Of a stretch of DNA of 64,000 nucleotides, positions 39,359-50,636 are shown in pieces. Made by a program: the position numbers and the translations under genes. The notes under the pieces are model-generated. The model was given only the letters and a program-made list of their open reading frames with translations. It was not told where the DNA came from and made no database searches. Origin of the DNA: Planktothrix sp. GU0601_MAG3 (GTDB taxonomy: Bacteria; Cyanobacteriota; Cyanobacteriia; Cyanobacteriales; Microcoleaceae); assembly GCA_035193785.1 (NCBI GenBank), contig CP136572.1:4820578-4884577 (forward strand), in the 5' to 3' direction. Each line of letters starts with the position of its first letter. Position 1 is the first letter of the stretch.

Positions 39359-40046
39359 TTAAACCGTTGCCACCAATGCCGGCAATTCTTTTCGACTCTT
39401 TAACACCTTATCAATTAAGCCATATTCCTTGGCTTCTTCGGGAGTTAAATAGAACATCCGATCGGTATCTTTAGAAATTTTTGCCACCGTTTGTCCGGTA
39501 CTTTTTGCTAAAATTTCTAACATGGTTCTCTTATTATCGAGAACTTCCTTCGCCCGAATTTGGATATCCGTTGCTTGACCTCTTGCCCCACTTTTGGTTT
39601 GATTTAAAACAATGGTGGCATTCGGTAAACTCGCCCGAAAACCCTTAGTCCCCGCCGCTAAAATCATGGCTGCGGTTCCCATCGCTTGACCGATACAAAT
39701 GGTATGAACCGGAGGTTTGATATAACCTAGGGTATCGCAAATGGCAAAGGCTTCAGTCTCAAACCCAATTGCATCCCCTCCATACCAGGAAGTTTCCTGT
39801 GGAGTTGATGTAGAAATAGATAGGTTTATCGGGATCGTCAAACTGTAAGTAAAGCAGTTGAGCGATAATTAGTTCAGTAACATCAATCCCGACTTGACGT
39901 TTGATATCATCGGACGAATACAGGGGAAGTCCCAAATAGACGATCCTTTCCTTCAACAGAAGGGATTCTAAGTCTGGCGGGGGAGTCCGAATCGGGCTAT
40001 CGGTGTAAGAATATGCCGATTGCACAGCTTGAATAGGTTCTCTCAT
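39359..40046 (-). CDS. clpR: Non-catalytic Clp subunit ClpR (1 frameshift)
   Basis: [26 protein letters not shown]; catalytic Ser/His absent (AMGTA, VLNQ); upstream of clpP3. Confidence 0.92.
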
Positions 40047-40102
40047 CAGAAATTCTCAACCTTAAACTTATAGAAATAGTAGCGCAACTTCAGGTAATCA
40101 TA

Positions 40103-41341
40103 ATGAAACTCAGTTTACAAGCAATTCTTAGTGATCCCAACTTTGATCTGTCCGTTGGCAACAGTCAACGTCAGTTGGCGATCTCCATTTCGGCTTTTCC
40201 CTCCCAAAGTGATGCTGATGTCCCTTTAAATTTGTGCCTAATTTTAGATCATAGCGGTTCTATGAGTGGAAAACCACTAGAAACCGTGAAACAGGCGGCA
40301 ATTGAGTTAGTGGATCGATTAAAACCGGGCGATCGCATTTCTATTATAACCTTTGATCATCGCGCTAAGGTTTTAATTCCCAATCAAGATATCACGGATT
40401 TGGAAAATATTAAACGGAAAATTCAAGGCTTAAAAACCTCCGGGGGGACGGCCATTGATGAAGGGCTAAAGTTAGGGATTGAGGAATTAGGAAAGGGCAA
40501 ACAGGAACGAATTTCCCAAGGGTTTTTATTAACCGATGGCGAAAATGAACATGGAGACAATGATCGCTGTTTGAAATTAGCCAAACTCGCCGCTAGTTAT
40601 AACTTAACTATTAATACTTTGGGGTTTGGTGAAGATTGGAACTCCGATGTTTTAGAAAAAATTGCTGATGCTGCTGGGGGAACTTTAGCCTATATTGAAT
40701 ATCCCGAACAAGCCCTAGATGAATTCAGCCGTTTGTTCAATAAAATGCAGTCCGTGGGCCTAACTAATTCCTATTTATTATTGGATTTAATGCCCCATGT
40801 CCGGTTAGCCGAACTCAAACCCATCGCCCAGGTTGCCCCCGATACCATTGAATTACCGATTCAAAAAGAAGGCGATAAATGGATTGTCCGTTTAGGGGAT
40901 GTGATGAAAGATGTGGATCGGGTGGTCTTAGCCAATTTATATTTTGACAAATTCCCCCCTGGAAAACAAGCGATCGCCCATGTTCAAGTCCGCTATGATG
41001 ATCCCTCCCTAGATTTAAAAAATTTATATTCTGATTTGGTGATTGTGGAAGGTAATTTTGTGAGTCCCTATCAACCCAAAATGGATGGGTTTGTGCAACA
41101 ACAAATTTTAACCTTAGCCAAATATCGTCAAACTCAAATTGCCGAAACCAAACTGCAACAAGGCGACCGGGCGGGGGCAGCCACCATGTTACAAACCGCC
41201 GCTAAAACCGCTTTACAAATGGGGGATAAAAACGCGGCAACAGTTCTACAAACCAGTGCCACTCGCTTACAATCGGGAGAAGAATTATCCGAAAGCGATA
41301 AGAAGAAAACCCGGATTGTGTCTAAAACCGTTTTAAAATAA
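40103..41341 (+). CDS. von Willebrand factor A domain protein
   Basis: MIDAS DHSGSM, GGT, LLTDG. Confidence 0.9.
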   Translation: MKLSLQAILSDPNFDLSVGNSQRQLAISISAFPSQSDADVPLNLCLILDHSGSMSGKPLETVKQAAIELVDRLKPGDRISIITFDHRAKVLIPNQDITDLENIKRKIQGLKTSGGTAIDEGLKLGIEELGKGKQERISQGFLLTDGENEHGDNDRCLKLAKLAASYNLTINTLGFGEDWNSDVLEKIADAAGGTLAYIEYPEQALDEFSRLFNKMQSVGLTNSYLLLDLMPHVRLAELKPIAQVAPDTIELPIQKEGDKWIVRLGDVMKDVDRVVLANLYFDKFPPGKQAIAHVQVRYDDPSLDLKNLYSDLVIVEGNFVSPYQPKMDGFVQQQILTLAKYRQTQIAETKLQQGDRAGAATMLQTAAKTALQMGDKNAATVLQTSATRLQSGEELSESDKKKTRIVSKTVLK

Positions 41342-41638
41342 GCGGGAACACAGCAATGGGGAAACCCCGTCCTAAAAATTACGGGTTTGGGATAATCCGG
41401 GTTTCCCAGGAATATAAAATAGTGTAAAGTCAAACTTTCCAGTTTTATAACTGTCTATTTTGTCGCCAACAGACACAGCCCCTAAAACCCTGATTTTGCT
41501 TGAGTTGATCAGGGTTTTCCCTTGAAATAGACTCCCCCATTTTCTCCCAACCCTGTAGAACTTAGAATAGTAGCACTCACTAACTACTAAAGCCATTCAA
41601 TCCCCCAGTAGAGTGAAATCAAAGCATAAGGAAAATGT

Positions 41639-42176
41639 ATGATTTCCAATCGAGTTCGCACCTGTTTAATTGCCACAATTGTTCCTTTTATGATTAGTTT
41701 GTTCATGCCGATGTCGGGAAATGCCCAAACCCCCAGCAGTAACGGCAATACTGATATATTTATCCTTAAAACCCAAGATGCCAACCATAATATGTTTCAC
41801 GTCCCTGTGATTTCTAATTTTGATTGGTTCAATGATGGGGATAAAATTGGCTTAACCGATGGCATTAGTGAAAACGATTTGGACTATAAAGAATTAATGG
41901 ATTTTGATGGGGATAGACGGGCTGATGATGTTGTAATTAAAATCAAATCTACCCAAGAAATTTTGGGCGTTGTTCTAAATGCCGATGACTTTGTTTTAGA
42001 AGGAGAATTTGTTTCTATTCCTTCGGTTTCGACTCGACCCATTGCTTGCTTACCTAAAACCAATACAACCACCTGTCAAGTTTCCTGCTTTCAACCCCAC
42101 AATTGTGCAATCTTCATCGAGTGTAACTTCCCCAGAAAGTCCTCAACCCAAAGGAGAAATCAATTCTCAAAAATAA
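41639..42176 (+). CDS. Secreted hypothetical protein with RTX C-terminal-like segment (3' end probably frameshifted)
   Basis: Signal peptide; ISNFDWFNDGDKIGL, DFDGD; shifted frame gives a Pro/Ser tail ending at 42176. Confidence 0.55.
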
Positions 42177-42281
42177 ACCGGGCAAAATATTGTCCCTTGG
42201 GCATTTTCCCCCAATCATCGGATCAAATTAACAGTAATTTGTTAAACTATAATAGCTCTTTAAACTTGAGATTTTATTCCG

Positions 42282-43508
42282 ATGAAACGTTTCGATGTTG
42301 TGATTATTGGTGCGGGGCCAGCCGGAGGTCAATGTGCAAGACAACTCACCCAGGCGGGTCAGCAAGTATTATTAGTTGAACAACATGAAACTTTTTATAA
42401 AAATGATTTTTCCAGCGCCGCTACACCGCTAGAAACTTTGGAAAAATTCCATTTACCTGAAACCGTTGTCGGGAGTTTTTGGCAAAATTTAGTGATTTTT
42501 ACCACAAATGTGCATCAAAAATGGCAGTCTCCAACACCTTTGGGGGCTGTTTTTGATTTTGCTAAATTACGCGAATTTTTAGCCACAGAAGTTATTACCC
42601 ATGGCGGTGAAGTTTGGATGGGATATCGCTATCTTAGGCATTTTAAGGATAATCAAAATACAATTATTGAATTAAAACAACGGTCTACCGGGGAAATTAT
42701 TTTGGTAGAAACTCAAGTTTTAGTGGATGCAACCGGGCCGACTCGGGCTGTGATGTATACTAAAAAAGCACCTCAACCTGATTATTTAACCGGGACGGGA
42801 ATAGAATATTTAATTGAACTTTCAGAAACGGACTATCAAAAATATTCTCAAGACCTAATTTTCTTTTTAGGTCATCGTTGGATGCCTAGGGGCTATTCTT
42901 GGATTTTTCCCATGGGAAATAATCGCTTAAAAGTGGGGTCTGCCCAATTAAATCGTTCCCATGAATGGGTAAATCAAACTCAGACTTTACGTTCATATCT
43001 GGAATTATTATTAACAGATTATTTAACAGAAATTCCCTATAAAGTTATTAATCATCATGGGGGAATGTTAAAATATTCTAGTGGTTTAGAAGATATTTAT
43101 TATCAGGATAATATTATTGCTATTGGGGACGCGGTTTCTATGGTGAATATGTTAGGCGGAGAGGGTATTCGTCACGGAATGCAAAATGCAAATATTGCGG
43201 CGGAATATATTCAAGATTATCTAGCGGGAAAAATAACTAATTTTGCCGGATATCGTCAGGAAATCAAACAAACCTATACTAAAACTTGGAATTTATCGGA
43301 ACAAATGGGCTTGAGTAAATATTTAAAATATAGTGATCAGTCTATTGATAAAGGGGTCTATTATCTGAAGGATTTATCTTTGGAAGATATGATGGCTATT
43401 TTATTTGATTATGATTTTAAACGCTTATATAAAGCCGGATTCAAATATTTGCGCTATAAAATTAGTAAAATTTGGACGAGATTAAAACTTAAACTCAATT
43501 TGACCTAA
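42282..43508 (+). CDS. Geranylgeranyl reductase-family FAD oxidoreductase
   Basis: IIGAGPAG, VDATG, GYSWIFP, IGDA, GGEGI. Confidence 0.88.
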   Translation: MKRFDVVIIGAGPAGGQCARQLTQAGQQVLLVEQHETFYKNDFSSAATPLETLEKFHLPETVVGSFWQNLVIFTTNVHQKWQSPTPLGAVFDFAKLREFLATEVITHGGEVWMGYRYLRHFKDNQNTIIELKQRSTGEIILVETQVLVDATGPTRAVMYTKKAPQPDYLTGTGIEYLIELSETDYQKYSQDLIFFLGHRWMPRGYSWIFPMGNNRLKVGSAQLNRSHEWVNQTQTLRSYLELLLTDYLTEIPYKVINHHGGMLKYSSGLEDIYYQDNIIAIGDAVSMVNMLGGEGIRHGMQNANIAAEYIQDYLAGKITNFAGYRQEIKQTYTKTWNLSEQMGLSKYLKYSDQSIDKGVYYLKDLSLEDMMAILFDYDFKRLYKAGFKYLRYKISKIWTRLKLKLNLT

Positions 43509-43587
43509 TTTTGTCTGGAATTATTCGATTAATTTTGATTATAATAGATCAGGATCACCCGATAGGTTGATGGGAGGATAAGCAACG

Positions 43588-44184
43588 ATGACCCATGCAA
43601 CGACTGAAAAAATCATGTCCTTGCAGGAGTTTCTCAATTATGATCAGGATACCGATGCTGGTTATGAGCTAGAGGATGGGAGACTTCTATTAATGCCGAC
43701 TGAAAGCGAAATTAATCGACGTATTGCTTGTTTTTTGTTTGCCTATTTTCTGCAATTAGGCGTTTCCTTTTCTCGGTTAACCCTGAAAACCGAATTGGTG
43801 GTAATGGGAAGTCGAACTACGGTACGAATTCCTGATTTAATGGTATTAACAGAAACCTTAGTACAGATAATGGAGGGGGCAGGTCGCTCCTTAATTACCA
43901 TAGATATGCCACCCCCTCAAATGGTGGTGGAGGTTGTCAGTCCCGGTCAGGAAAATCAACAGCGAGACTATCGTTATAAACGATCACAATATCAAGCCCG
44001 AGGTATCCCCGAATATTGGATTATTGACCCCATCCAACAACAGATTACCGTATTTAGTTTGGTAACGGGACTCTATGAACAGGCTGTTTTTACCGGAGAT
44101 ATGGTCATAAATTCTGCCTTCTTATCAGACCATAACCAACCCTCTCCTTTGACGGCATCACAGCTATTACAAACCCAAAATTAG
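43588..44184 (+). CDS. Uma2 family endonuclease-fold protein
   Basis: YELEDG, RIPDL, VVEVVSP, RDYRYKRSQY..RGIPEYWIIDP. Confidence 0.92.
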   Translation: MTHATTEKIMSLQEFLNYDQDTDAGYELEDGRLLLMPTESEINRRIACFLFAYFLQLGVSFSRLTLKTELVVMGSRTTVRIPDLMVLTETLVQIMEGAGRSLITIDMPPPQMVVEVVSPGQENQQRDYRYKRSQYQARGIPEYWIIDPIQQQITVFSLVTGLYEQAVFTGDMVINSAFLSDHNQPSPLTASQLLQTQN

Positions 44185-44272
44185 CGAGTCAGTTTTACGA
44201 TATTAAAGTTCAATTTAGACTTATAATTGAATAACTGGCAACAATATTCTCCTATCAATTTTAACTCTAAAA

Positions 44273-45325
44273 ATGACCTCAACTTTAACTCAAGTTTATC
44301 CGATTATTTGGGAAAGCGATCGCGCTTCCCTCATCGACCAAACCCGTCTCCCTGACGAATATACCCGCGTAGAAATCACCACCTATCAACAAATGGCAGC
44401 AGCCATTAAAACCATGATTGTTCGGGGGGCTCCCGCCATTGGTATTGCTGCCGCCTATGGGTTATATTTAGGGGCGAGGGAGATTCAAACTTCAGACCGT
44501 CAAGAGTTTTTCAACCAACTAGAAACCATTGCCAAAATCCTGCGGGCTACCCGTCCCACGGCGGTTAACTTATTTTGGGCAATTGATCAAATGTTGCAAA
44601 CGGCAACAGCAACCCCCGGCACAATTGAGGAGATTAAAACCGCCTTATTACACAAAGCTAATATCATTCGAGAAGACGATATTAAAACCTGTTTTGCCAT
44701 TGGAGAAGCGGGGTTAATAGTATTACCTGAAACTCCAGAAAAACTCAATATTCTTACCCATTGTAACACAGGTTCTTTAGCAACGGGAGGTTATGGAACC
44801 GCTTTAGGAGTCATTCGTTCGGCTTGGAATTCGGGACGGTTAAATCGAGTTTATGCCGATGAAACCCGCCCCCGTTTACAGGGAGCAAAATTAACTACTT
44901 GGGAATGTGTACAGGATCAAATTCCAGTAACATTAATTTCCGATAATATGGCAGCCCATTGTATGAAACAGGGGTTAATTCATGCGGTAATTGTAGGAGC
45001 AGATCGAATTACTGCTAATGGGGATGCGGCGAATAAAATTGGCACCTATAGTTTAGCAATTGTGGCTAAATACCATCGGGTTCCCTTCTTCGTTGCAGCC
45101 CCCTTATCAACGGTGGATTTTAAATTAGCAACCGGGGATGAAATTCCCATCGAAGAACGAGATCCTACGGAAGTTTATCAAGTTGGAACAACTCGAATTT
45201 GTCCCGAGGGTGTGGAATTTTTTAATCCGGCTTTTGATGTAACTCCCGCCGAATTAATTACCGCTATTATAACAGAAAAAGGGGCGGTTATTCCTGGGGA
45301 ATTAAAACAATTTTCTGTGAGTTAA
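44273..45325 (+). CDS. mtnA: S-methyl-5-thioribose-1-phosphate isomerase
   Basis: [46 protein letters not shown]. Confidence 0.96.
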   Translation: MTSTLTQVYPIIWESDRASLIDQTRLPDEYTRVEITTYQQMAAAIKTMIVRGAPAIGIAAAYGLYLGAREIQTSDRQEFFNQLETIAKILRATRPTAVNLFWAIDQMLQTATATPGTIEEIKTALLHKANIIREDDIKTCFAIGEAGLIVLPETPEKLNILTHCNTGSLATGGYGTALGVIRSAWNSGRLNRVYADETRPRLQGAKLTTWECVQDQIPVTLISDNMAAHCMKQGLIHAVIVGADRITANGDAANKIGTYSLAIVAKYHRVPFFVAAPLSTVDFKLATGDEIPIEERDPTEVYQVGTTRICPEGVEFFNPAFDVTPAELITAIITEKGAVIPGELKQFSVS

Positions 45326-45435
45326 TCAACCACAAAAACACAAAGACACTAAAAAATCAAGACTGAAACCCATGTTGACGTACCATTGAGTCGTACAATG
45401 GTTTTGGTAGGTTCCGTTTTTACTAGGAGACTTCA

Positions 45436-45745
45436 ATGCCAGAGGCAGTGGGTGTCATACAAGCCCTGGGTTTTCCGGGGATTTTAGCCGCAGCAGATGC
45501 GATGGTCAAAGCTGCGCGAGTTACCCTTGTTTACTATGATTTAGCAGAACGGGGTGAATTTATAGTGGCAGTTCGTGGCCCAACATCGGAGGTGGTTCCT
45601 GCTGTACAAGCTGGTGTTGAAGCGGCAGAAAAGACGTTTGGCTGTTCGGTGATTACTTACTACGTTGTTCCCAACCCCCCTGAGAACATTGTAGATGTTA
45701 TGTCTATTGGCTACACGGAAACTGAGTGAACGTTTTCGCACTTAA
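45436..45745 (+). CDS. ccmK3: Carboxysome shell protein CcmK3 (frameshift near 3' end)
   Basis: BMC domain AADAMVKAARV; first gene of the ccmK3-K4 pair. Confidence 0.85.
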
Positions 45746-45816
45746 GATAATTTCTATTTTGCGAAAAATATTCAATTTCAGCATTTTTAAAGTCTAGTTA
45801 ATTTAGGAGAAATTCA

Positions 45817-46161
45817 ATGGCAGAACAAGCAGTTGGAGCGTTAGAAACGAAAGGATTTCCTGGGGTTTTAGCCGCCGCCGATGCAATGGTTAAAGCGGGT
45901 CGAGTGACCTTGGTGGGCTATATTCGGGCAGGAAGTGCACGGTTTACGATTATGATTCGGGGCGATGTTTCCGAAGTTAAAACTGCCATGGATGCCGGAA
46001 TTGCGGCCGTCGATAAAGCCTATGGTGCCGCCTTAGAAACCTGGGTGATTATTCCCCGTCCCCATGAAAATGTGGTCGCTGTTTTACCGATTGATTTTAA
46101 TGAAGATGTTGAGGAATATCGGGCGGCGGCGGAAGGGTTTACTTTACCCAGAGGTCGTTAA
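45817..46161 (+). CDS. ccmK4: Carboxysome shell protein CcmK4
   Basis: ETKGFPGVLAAADAMVKAGRV, GSARF, IPRPHENV. Confidence 0.9.
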   Translation: MAEQAVGALETKGFPGVLAAADAMVKAGRVTLVGYIRAGSARFTIMIRGDVSEVKTAMDAGIAAVDKAYGAALETWVIIPRPHENVVAVLPIDFNEDVEEYRAAAEGFTLPRGR

Positions 46162-46280
46162 TTCAGTTACTAATATTAACCCTCTTTTATAGCAGGAAGG
46201 GACAACCTTGATTTATCGGTTGCAAGGGGGTCACTTCCCTAGTTAATTGTTCAATATTTTTTGAATTTAATTCAAGTATT

Positions 46281-47156
46281 TTATTCTATTTCTATTAATC
46301 TACTTAATTCCTCCCGAATTGATGGGGGCTGATATCCTAAATTAAAGGCTTTATAACTATCTAAAGAAACATCGGGAGGGCGAGGCGCGAGCATTTTAAT
46401 ATCCGCTTGAGAACAGGGTTTAATTAAATGCTTTGGAAGCTCTAAAACATCAGCCATAAGTAAGCCAAATTCATAGCGGGAAATCCGTTCTTTTCCGCCT
46501 AAATGCAAAATTACTGATGTGGTTTCTAAGGCTAATAATAATCCCTTAGCGGCGGTATTTCCCCCCACAGGAGTTCTAAATTCATCGGCAAATAAATTCA
46601 ACTCTTTTCCTGCTTTTAAAGTTTTAATAAAAGGCTGAATAAAACTGCTGGCATGGTTAGGAACATCCCCAAACATTAAGGGCATTCTACAAATAGCTGT
46701 TCGGGGATAGCGTTCTAACATTCCCTGTTCAGCTAATACTTTCTGTTCTCCATAATAACTAATTGGGGATACGGAATCGGTTTCCCTATAGGGTGGATTT
46801 AAACCATTAAATACTAAGTCAGTTGAAGTAAAAACACAGGGAATATTAAACTCAGCACAAAGTTTAGCAATTGCTAAAGAAGCGATAACATTAATTTGAT
46901 AGGATATTTCGGGATACTGTTGACAAAAGTTAGGTTGGGATTGGGCCGCCGCATGAATAACGGCATCGGGTTTAATTTCTTGAAACAGATTTTTTAGTGC
47001 TTGAATATCGGTTAAATCTGTCTGAACAAGATAAACATTAGGGATATTAATAGTTTTAGCATGAGTTAAGCCATAGACTTGCCATTGAGTTTGAGCAATT
47101 TGGCAAAGATGCCATCCTAAAAAACCACTGGCCCCTGTAATTAAGAGTTTATTCAT
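46281..47156 (-). CDS. RmlD-like NAD(P)-dependent extended SDR
   Basis: ITGASGFLG, STDLVF, YGEQK, DEFRTP, RPPDVSLD. Confidence 0.88.
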   Translation of the reverse strand: MNKLLITGASGFLGWHLCQIAQTQWQVYGLTHAKTINIPNVYLVQTDLTDIQALKNLFQEIKPDAVIHAAAQSQPNFCQQYPEISYQINVIASLAIAKLCAEFNIPCVFTSTDLVFNGLNPPYRETDSVSPISYYGEQKVLAEQGMLERYPRTAICRMPLMFGDVPNHASSFIQPFIKTLKAGKELNLFADEFRTPVGGNTAAKGLLLALETTSVILHLGGKERISRYEFGLLMADVLELPKHLIKPCSQADIKMLAPRPPDVSLDSYKAFNLGYQPPSIREELSRLIEIE

Positions 47157-47201
47157 GATTAATTAATATGATAGACTGGTGGAAAGCGATCGCCAACCTG
47201 T

Positions 47202-47319
47202 TAAGTAGTTACACACAATAAATTACCTAGTTGAGAGAGGGAACAGGGAACAGGGAACAGGGAACAGGGAACACCGGATCTGGGTAGAGGATTTGTAATT
47301 AATTTTGTTTAGGTACTTA
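47202..47319. mobile_element. MITE-like element with ~25-bp imperfect TIRs and internal GGGAACA repeats
   Basis: taagtagttacacacaataaattac ... gtaattaattttgtttaggtactta; TTAA at both ends. Confidence 0.7.
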
Positions 47320-47330
47320 ACATTTTGTGA

Positions 47331-48563
47331 TCACCGATGATATACCAACCCCGTCAACAATTGTACTACTCGAATTGCCGAAGTGATCGCTCCTTCATGT
47401 AAACCATCTCCCAGATAAGCACCCACATAATAAGTATTATTCTCGCCATTGGTACTCACAATTTCATTTCGATAACGAAAAGCCTCAACATTATAAAGGG
47501 GTGTGTGATGGTTTTGAATATGAATGATTTTATCTTTAGCAATCAAACCATCTAGGTTAAATGCCAAACTATATCGGCAAGAGGATAATATCCCACAAAG
47601 TTGATTCAGATAAGCATTATATCCCCATTTACTTTCAGTTTCAAAAAAATCAAATTCCGAAAATTCCTTAATTCCATATCCAGAATACATGGAAGTATCT
47701 GTGTGCATAACTGTGGTAGCTGCATTTTTTTCCCATGCCGAAAAACGCTTAATTTCAGCATTGGTTGGATCAGCTAATAATACCATTACTTGGTCAGGTG
47801 GTGTGGCAAACACAACTTGATCAAATGTTTGGATTGACCCATCTGATAATTCAATGGTGACACTATCAGTTTCTCTGGAAATTTCGGCAATTTCAACATT
47901 TAAGAATAATTGACCTCGGAAACGTTCGAGAATTTTTTCAATATAGGAATAGACTCCTCCTTTAATTCTTAACCAATTGACAAAAATATAATCTCTGAGA
48001 GTAGGAATTACTAATTCTGCTGGAAAATCATCAATTAATTCAAAGGGCGTTGAGTAACAGTACATTGTTAACAATTTCAACCAATAATTATGAATACACT
48101 GGCGTTTCAAATATTGGGAAAGCGGCTGATTATAAAAGTCTGAATTTTGGGAAAAACGTGTTGTAAACCATAGCCCAGAAGAACGAGCATAAAGAGTATC
48201 AAGTCTGATATATTCGATAATACGTTGTATGCCTGTAAAGTTTTTTTGAATCATACCACCCGATAGAAAGTGGCGACCATCTTGAAGAAATAACCCGGAA
48301 CCAACATTAACAGGTTCTAATTCAACTTCCAATTCCTTCATTAAGTTTAAGAAATTGTAAAAGTTAACTGGAAATTCTAGGACACCACCTTCTAATACAT
48401 CGTGACAGTCAGATTTATTGGGTTTAATATTTTTATTTAAGGTGCGAATATGTCCGCCCAACATCGGTTTTTTTTCAAAAACAGTAACATGATAGCCCTT
48501 TTGATCTAGCAGGTATGCGGTCACCATCCCACTAGCTCCGCCTCCAACAATAGCTATTTTCAT
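47331..48563 (-). CDS. FAD-dependent oxidoreductase (amine-oxidase fold, COG2907-like)
   Basis: IAIVGGGASG, FE...LGGH, FDQVVFAT, GAYLGDGLHEGA. Confidence 0.82.
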   Translation of the reverse strand: MKIAIVGGGASGMVTAYLLDQKGYHVTVFEKKPMLGGHIRTLNKNIKPNKSDCHDVLEGGVLEFPVNFYNFLNLMKELEVELEPVNVGSGLFLQDGRHFLSGGMIQKNFTGIQRIIEYIRLDTLYARSSGLWFTTRFSQNSDFYNQPLSQYLKRQCIHNYWLKLLTMYCYSTPFELIDDFPAELVIPTLRDYIFVNWLRIKGGVYSYIEKILERFRGQLFLNVEIAEISRETDSVTIELSDGSIQTFDQVVFATPPDQVMVLLADPTNAEIKRFSAWEKNAATTVMHTDTSMYSGYGIKEFSEFDFFETESKWGYNAYLNQLCGILSSCRYSLAFNLDGLIAKDKIIHIQNHHTPLYNVEAFRYRNEIVSTNGENNTYYVGAYLGDGLHEGAITSAIRVVQLLTGLVYHR

Positions 48564-48615
48564 GGTTTTTTTTCACTAAGATTGTTATAGTTTAAGCAAT
48601 GAGTTTTAAAGTTTT

Positions 48616-50154
48616 TTAAGCTGCTCCTAAAATTAAATCCCCTGATAGTCTTTGATATAAAATTGCTCCTGTCCAAAATGTCGGAGCAAATCCAGGATAG
48701 CCAGATGAAGCATTACAAAAATAGAAATTTTTTAAAGATGTGAAATGATTTAATCTGCCAATTCCCATATTCTTTGGTGTTAGGCTAGATCCGTAGGAAT
48801 TGCCTTGGGGACACCAGCAAAATCTCTCATTTGTGGTGGGACTCCCAGTAATTTTAAAGACTAGATATTCGCGCAAATTTGGAATATAATATTTTTCCAT
48901 TATATCCAAAATAGAGTTTAAGATAGCTTCTTTTTTGTCATTATAATCTTTGGGATTTGTAGCTTTAAGTTCTTTAAAATAGGCATAATCAGCCACGGTT
49001 AAAAATTCGATGATTTGACAGTCTTCAGGGCAATCTCGTTCGGTTTCTGTCAGTAAGGTAGGTGTTGTAATGGCAAAACTGGGATTGGAATAATCATGCT
49101 GTTCATACATTTGATTAAATGCTTCATTTAAGTTTTTATGTCCTGTATGAAAAGTATTCCATTTACCAAATCCATAGTCTCGCAAATCAATATCTTTGAC
49201 TACACAATAAGCCATATAATTTGAGGGCGAATAATCGTAATTAAGCCGATGGCGAACTTTACGCGAGAATTTTTCGAGTCCAATCATCTGAGCCGCTTTC
49301 TTAGGGTCTATATTACAAATAATTGTTTCACCGCTAAATTCACGGGTTTGATGGGTAATTTGATCTATTGCTTGAACTCCAGTTACTGTTTTATCTGTGA
49401 TCATAAAATTAGTTACTTCTTGATTTACAAGCACCTCACCACCATTTTCTTCAATAATTTTAACTAAGGAATTAATCACAAATTCAAAATGTTTTGTCGG
49501 GTAAAATGCACCCTGTTGATATCCTGTAAATAAAATTACCCAGGCGTAAAAAGAAAGTTGCTCTGGGGGGAGTAAAAAATCAGGCCATTGTGATGCTAAA
49601 AGTGTTTGTGCTTCAATGGGTAATTGAAATTTATCAAAAACATTCTGAAGGGTACTATTCAGATACATTACAGCACAGGAAACTTCAGCAAAATGCCTAA
49701 ATAATTGGGCTGGATTAACTGGGGGAGATAATATTTTTAATCCTTGACTGGTCTTTTGTACTTCTAAAATAAATTGACGAATTTGATTGGCATTTTGAGG
49801 AAAAAGTTCCGATAGTCTCCGAATTAATTCTTGAGATTCTGAGGGAATATTGAGAGCATATCCCGGCATTCTTACATGGTCGAAACCATCAGGATCATAT
49901 CGCTCAAAGGTGACTGTTTGCTCTAAGTTGAGTTTTTTTAAAACTTGATTTACTGTATGTCCTTCTCCACAATCCCAAACATAATGTAGTTGGGCATTAA
50001 ATTTATATTTTTTTGCCATGGTAAAGGTATGACCAAAGCCCCCTGGATATTCATGGGCTTCTAATATTTGAACCTTTTTACCGAATTTTGCCATTAAAGA
50101 GCCAAATACTAATGCGGATAAGCCACTGCCAACAATCAGGTAATCTGTTTTCAT
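48616..50154 (-). CDS. Phytoene desaturase/retinol saturase-family flavoprotein
   Basis: IVGSGLSAL, EAHEYPGG..HTF, GSPTTNERF...GNSYG, KNFYFC...PG. Confidence 0.82.
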   Translation of the reverse strand: MKTDYLIVGSGLSALVFGSLMAKFGKKVQILEAHEYPGGFGHTFTMAKKYKFNAQLHYVWDCGEGHTVNQVLKKLNLEQTVTFERYDPDGFDHVRMPGYALNIPSESQELIRRLSELFPQNANQIRQFILEVQKTSQGLKILSPPVNPAQLFRHFAEVSCAVMYLNSTLQNVFDKFQLPIEAQTLLASQWPDFLLPPEQLSFYAWVILFTGYQQGAFYPTKHFEFVINSLVKIIEENGGEVLVNQEVTNFMITDKTVTGVQAIDQITHQTREFSGETIICNIDPKKAAQMIGLEKFSRKVRHRLNYDYSPSNYMAYCVVKDIDLRDYGFGKWNTFHTGHKNLNEAFNQMYEQHDYSNPSFAITTPTLLTETERDCPEDCQIIEFLTVADYAYFKELKATNPKDYNDKKEAILNSILDIMEKYYIPNLREYLVFKITGSPTTNERFCWCPQGNSYGSSLTPKNMGIGRLNHFTSLKNFYFCNASSGYPGFAPTFWTGAILYQRLSGDLILGAA

Positions 50155-50204
50155 GATCGTTCTCCTTAGTGAAACTACCCATACTTCGCAGCATGAGTAA
50201 GTTT

Positions 50205-50374
50205 GGGCTTTTTCTTGACAACCTTTTCCCTCTGGTTTTATAGTTTTTCTGGCACAAGTTCAACGCATAATTCCCGTACCATCGGCAACAGCCAAAGCTC
50301 TTGGCTAAGGATATCTGTTGTTCAGTAGTTGGATAGATCCGGTACTTGAAAGCCTGAAATATTATCGCTTTCAA
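50205..50374 (-). pseudogene. tnpB: IS200/IS605 TnpB 5' fragment (HTH only)
   Basis: AFKYRIYPTTEQ...FGCCRWYGNYAL; similarity ends after ~55 aa with no RuvC or Zn ribbon. Confidence 0.85.
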
Positions 50375-50453
50375 AATCTTTTATATAATCTAACACACTG
50401 TTTTTAATTGGGTAGGCATTTACCGAATAAAATTAATTTAGGGCAGTCTATAT

Positions 50454-50553
50454 AATAGGGAATAGCTAATAATAAATAGGTAATAAGGAATAGGTAATAG
50501 GGAATAGATAATAGGGAATAGATAATAGGGAATAGGCAATAGGGAATAGGTAA
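50454..50553. repeat. AATAGG(G/T)-type heptamer tandem repeat
   Basis: Read directly. Confidence 0.85.
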
Positions 50554-50623
50554 TAAGTACCTAAACAAAATTAATTACAAATCCTCCACCCTGTTCCCTA
50601 TTCCCTGTTCCCTGTTCCCTCTC
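50554..50623. mobile_element. Truncated inverted copy of the 47202-47319 MITE
   Basis: taagtacctaaacaaaattaattacaaatcctccaccc is the reverse complement of 47282-47319 with 1 mismatch, followed by TGTTCCC repeats. Confidence 0.75.
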
Positions 50624-50636
50624 TTAAAACGTCTTA

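Noticed and set aside
41571..41597. CIRCE element
   Set aside because: Only a TAGCACTC half-site; no GAGTGCTAA at 9-bp spacing and no chaperone gene downstream.
43588..44184. Uma2 genes as a restriction/defence system
   Set aside because: Highly expanded, scattered family in cyanobacteria; no partner genes here.
50078..50374. Functional TnpB/Cas12-like nuclease
   Set aside because: Only ~55 aa of the N-terminus remain; no RuvC, and no omega-RNA or right end seen.
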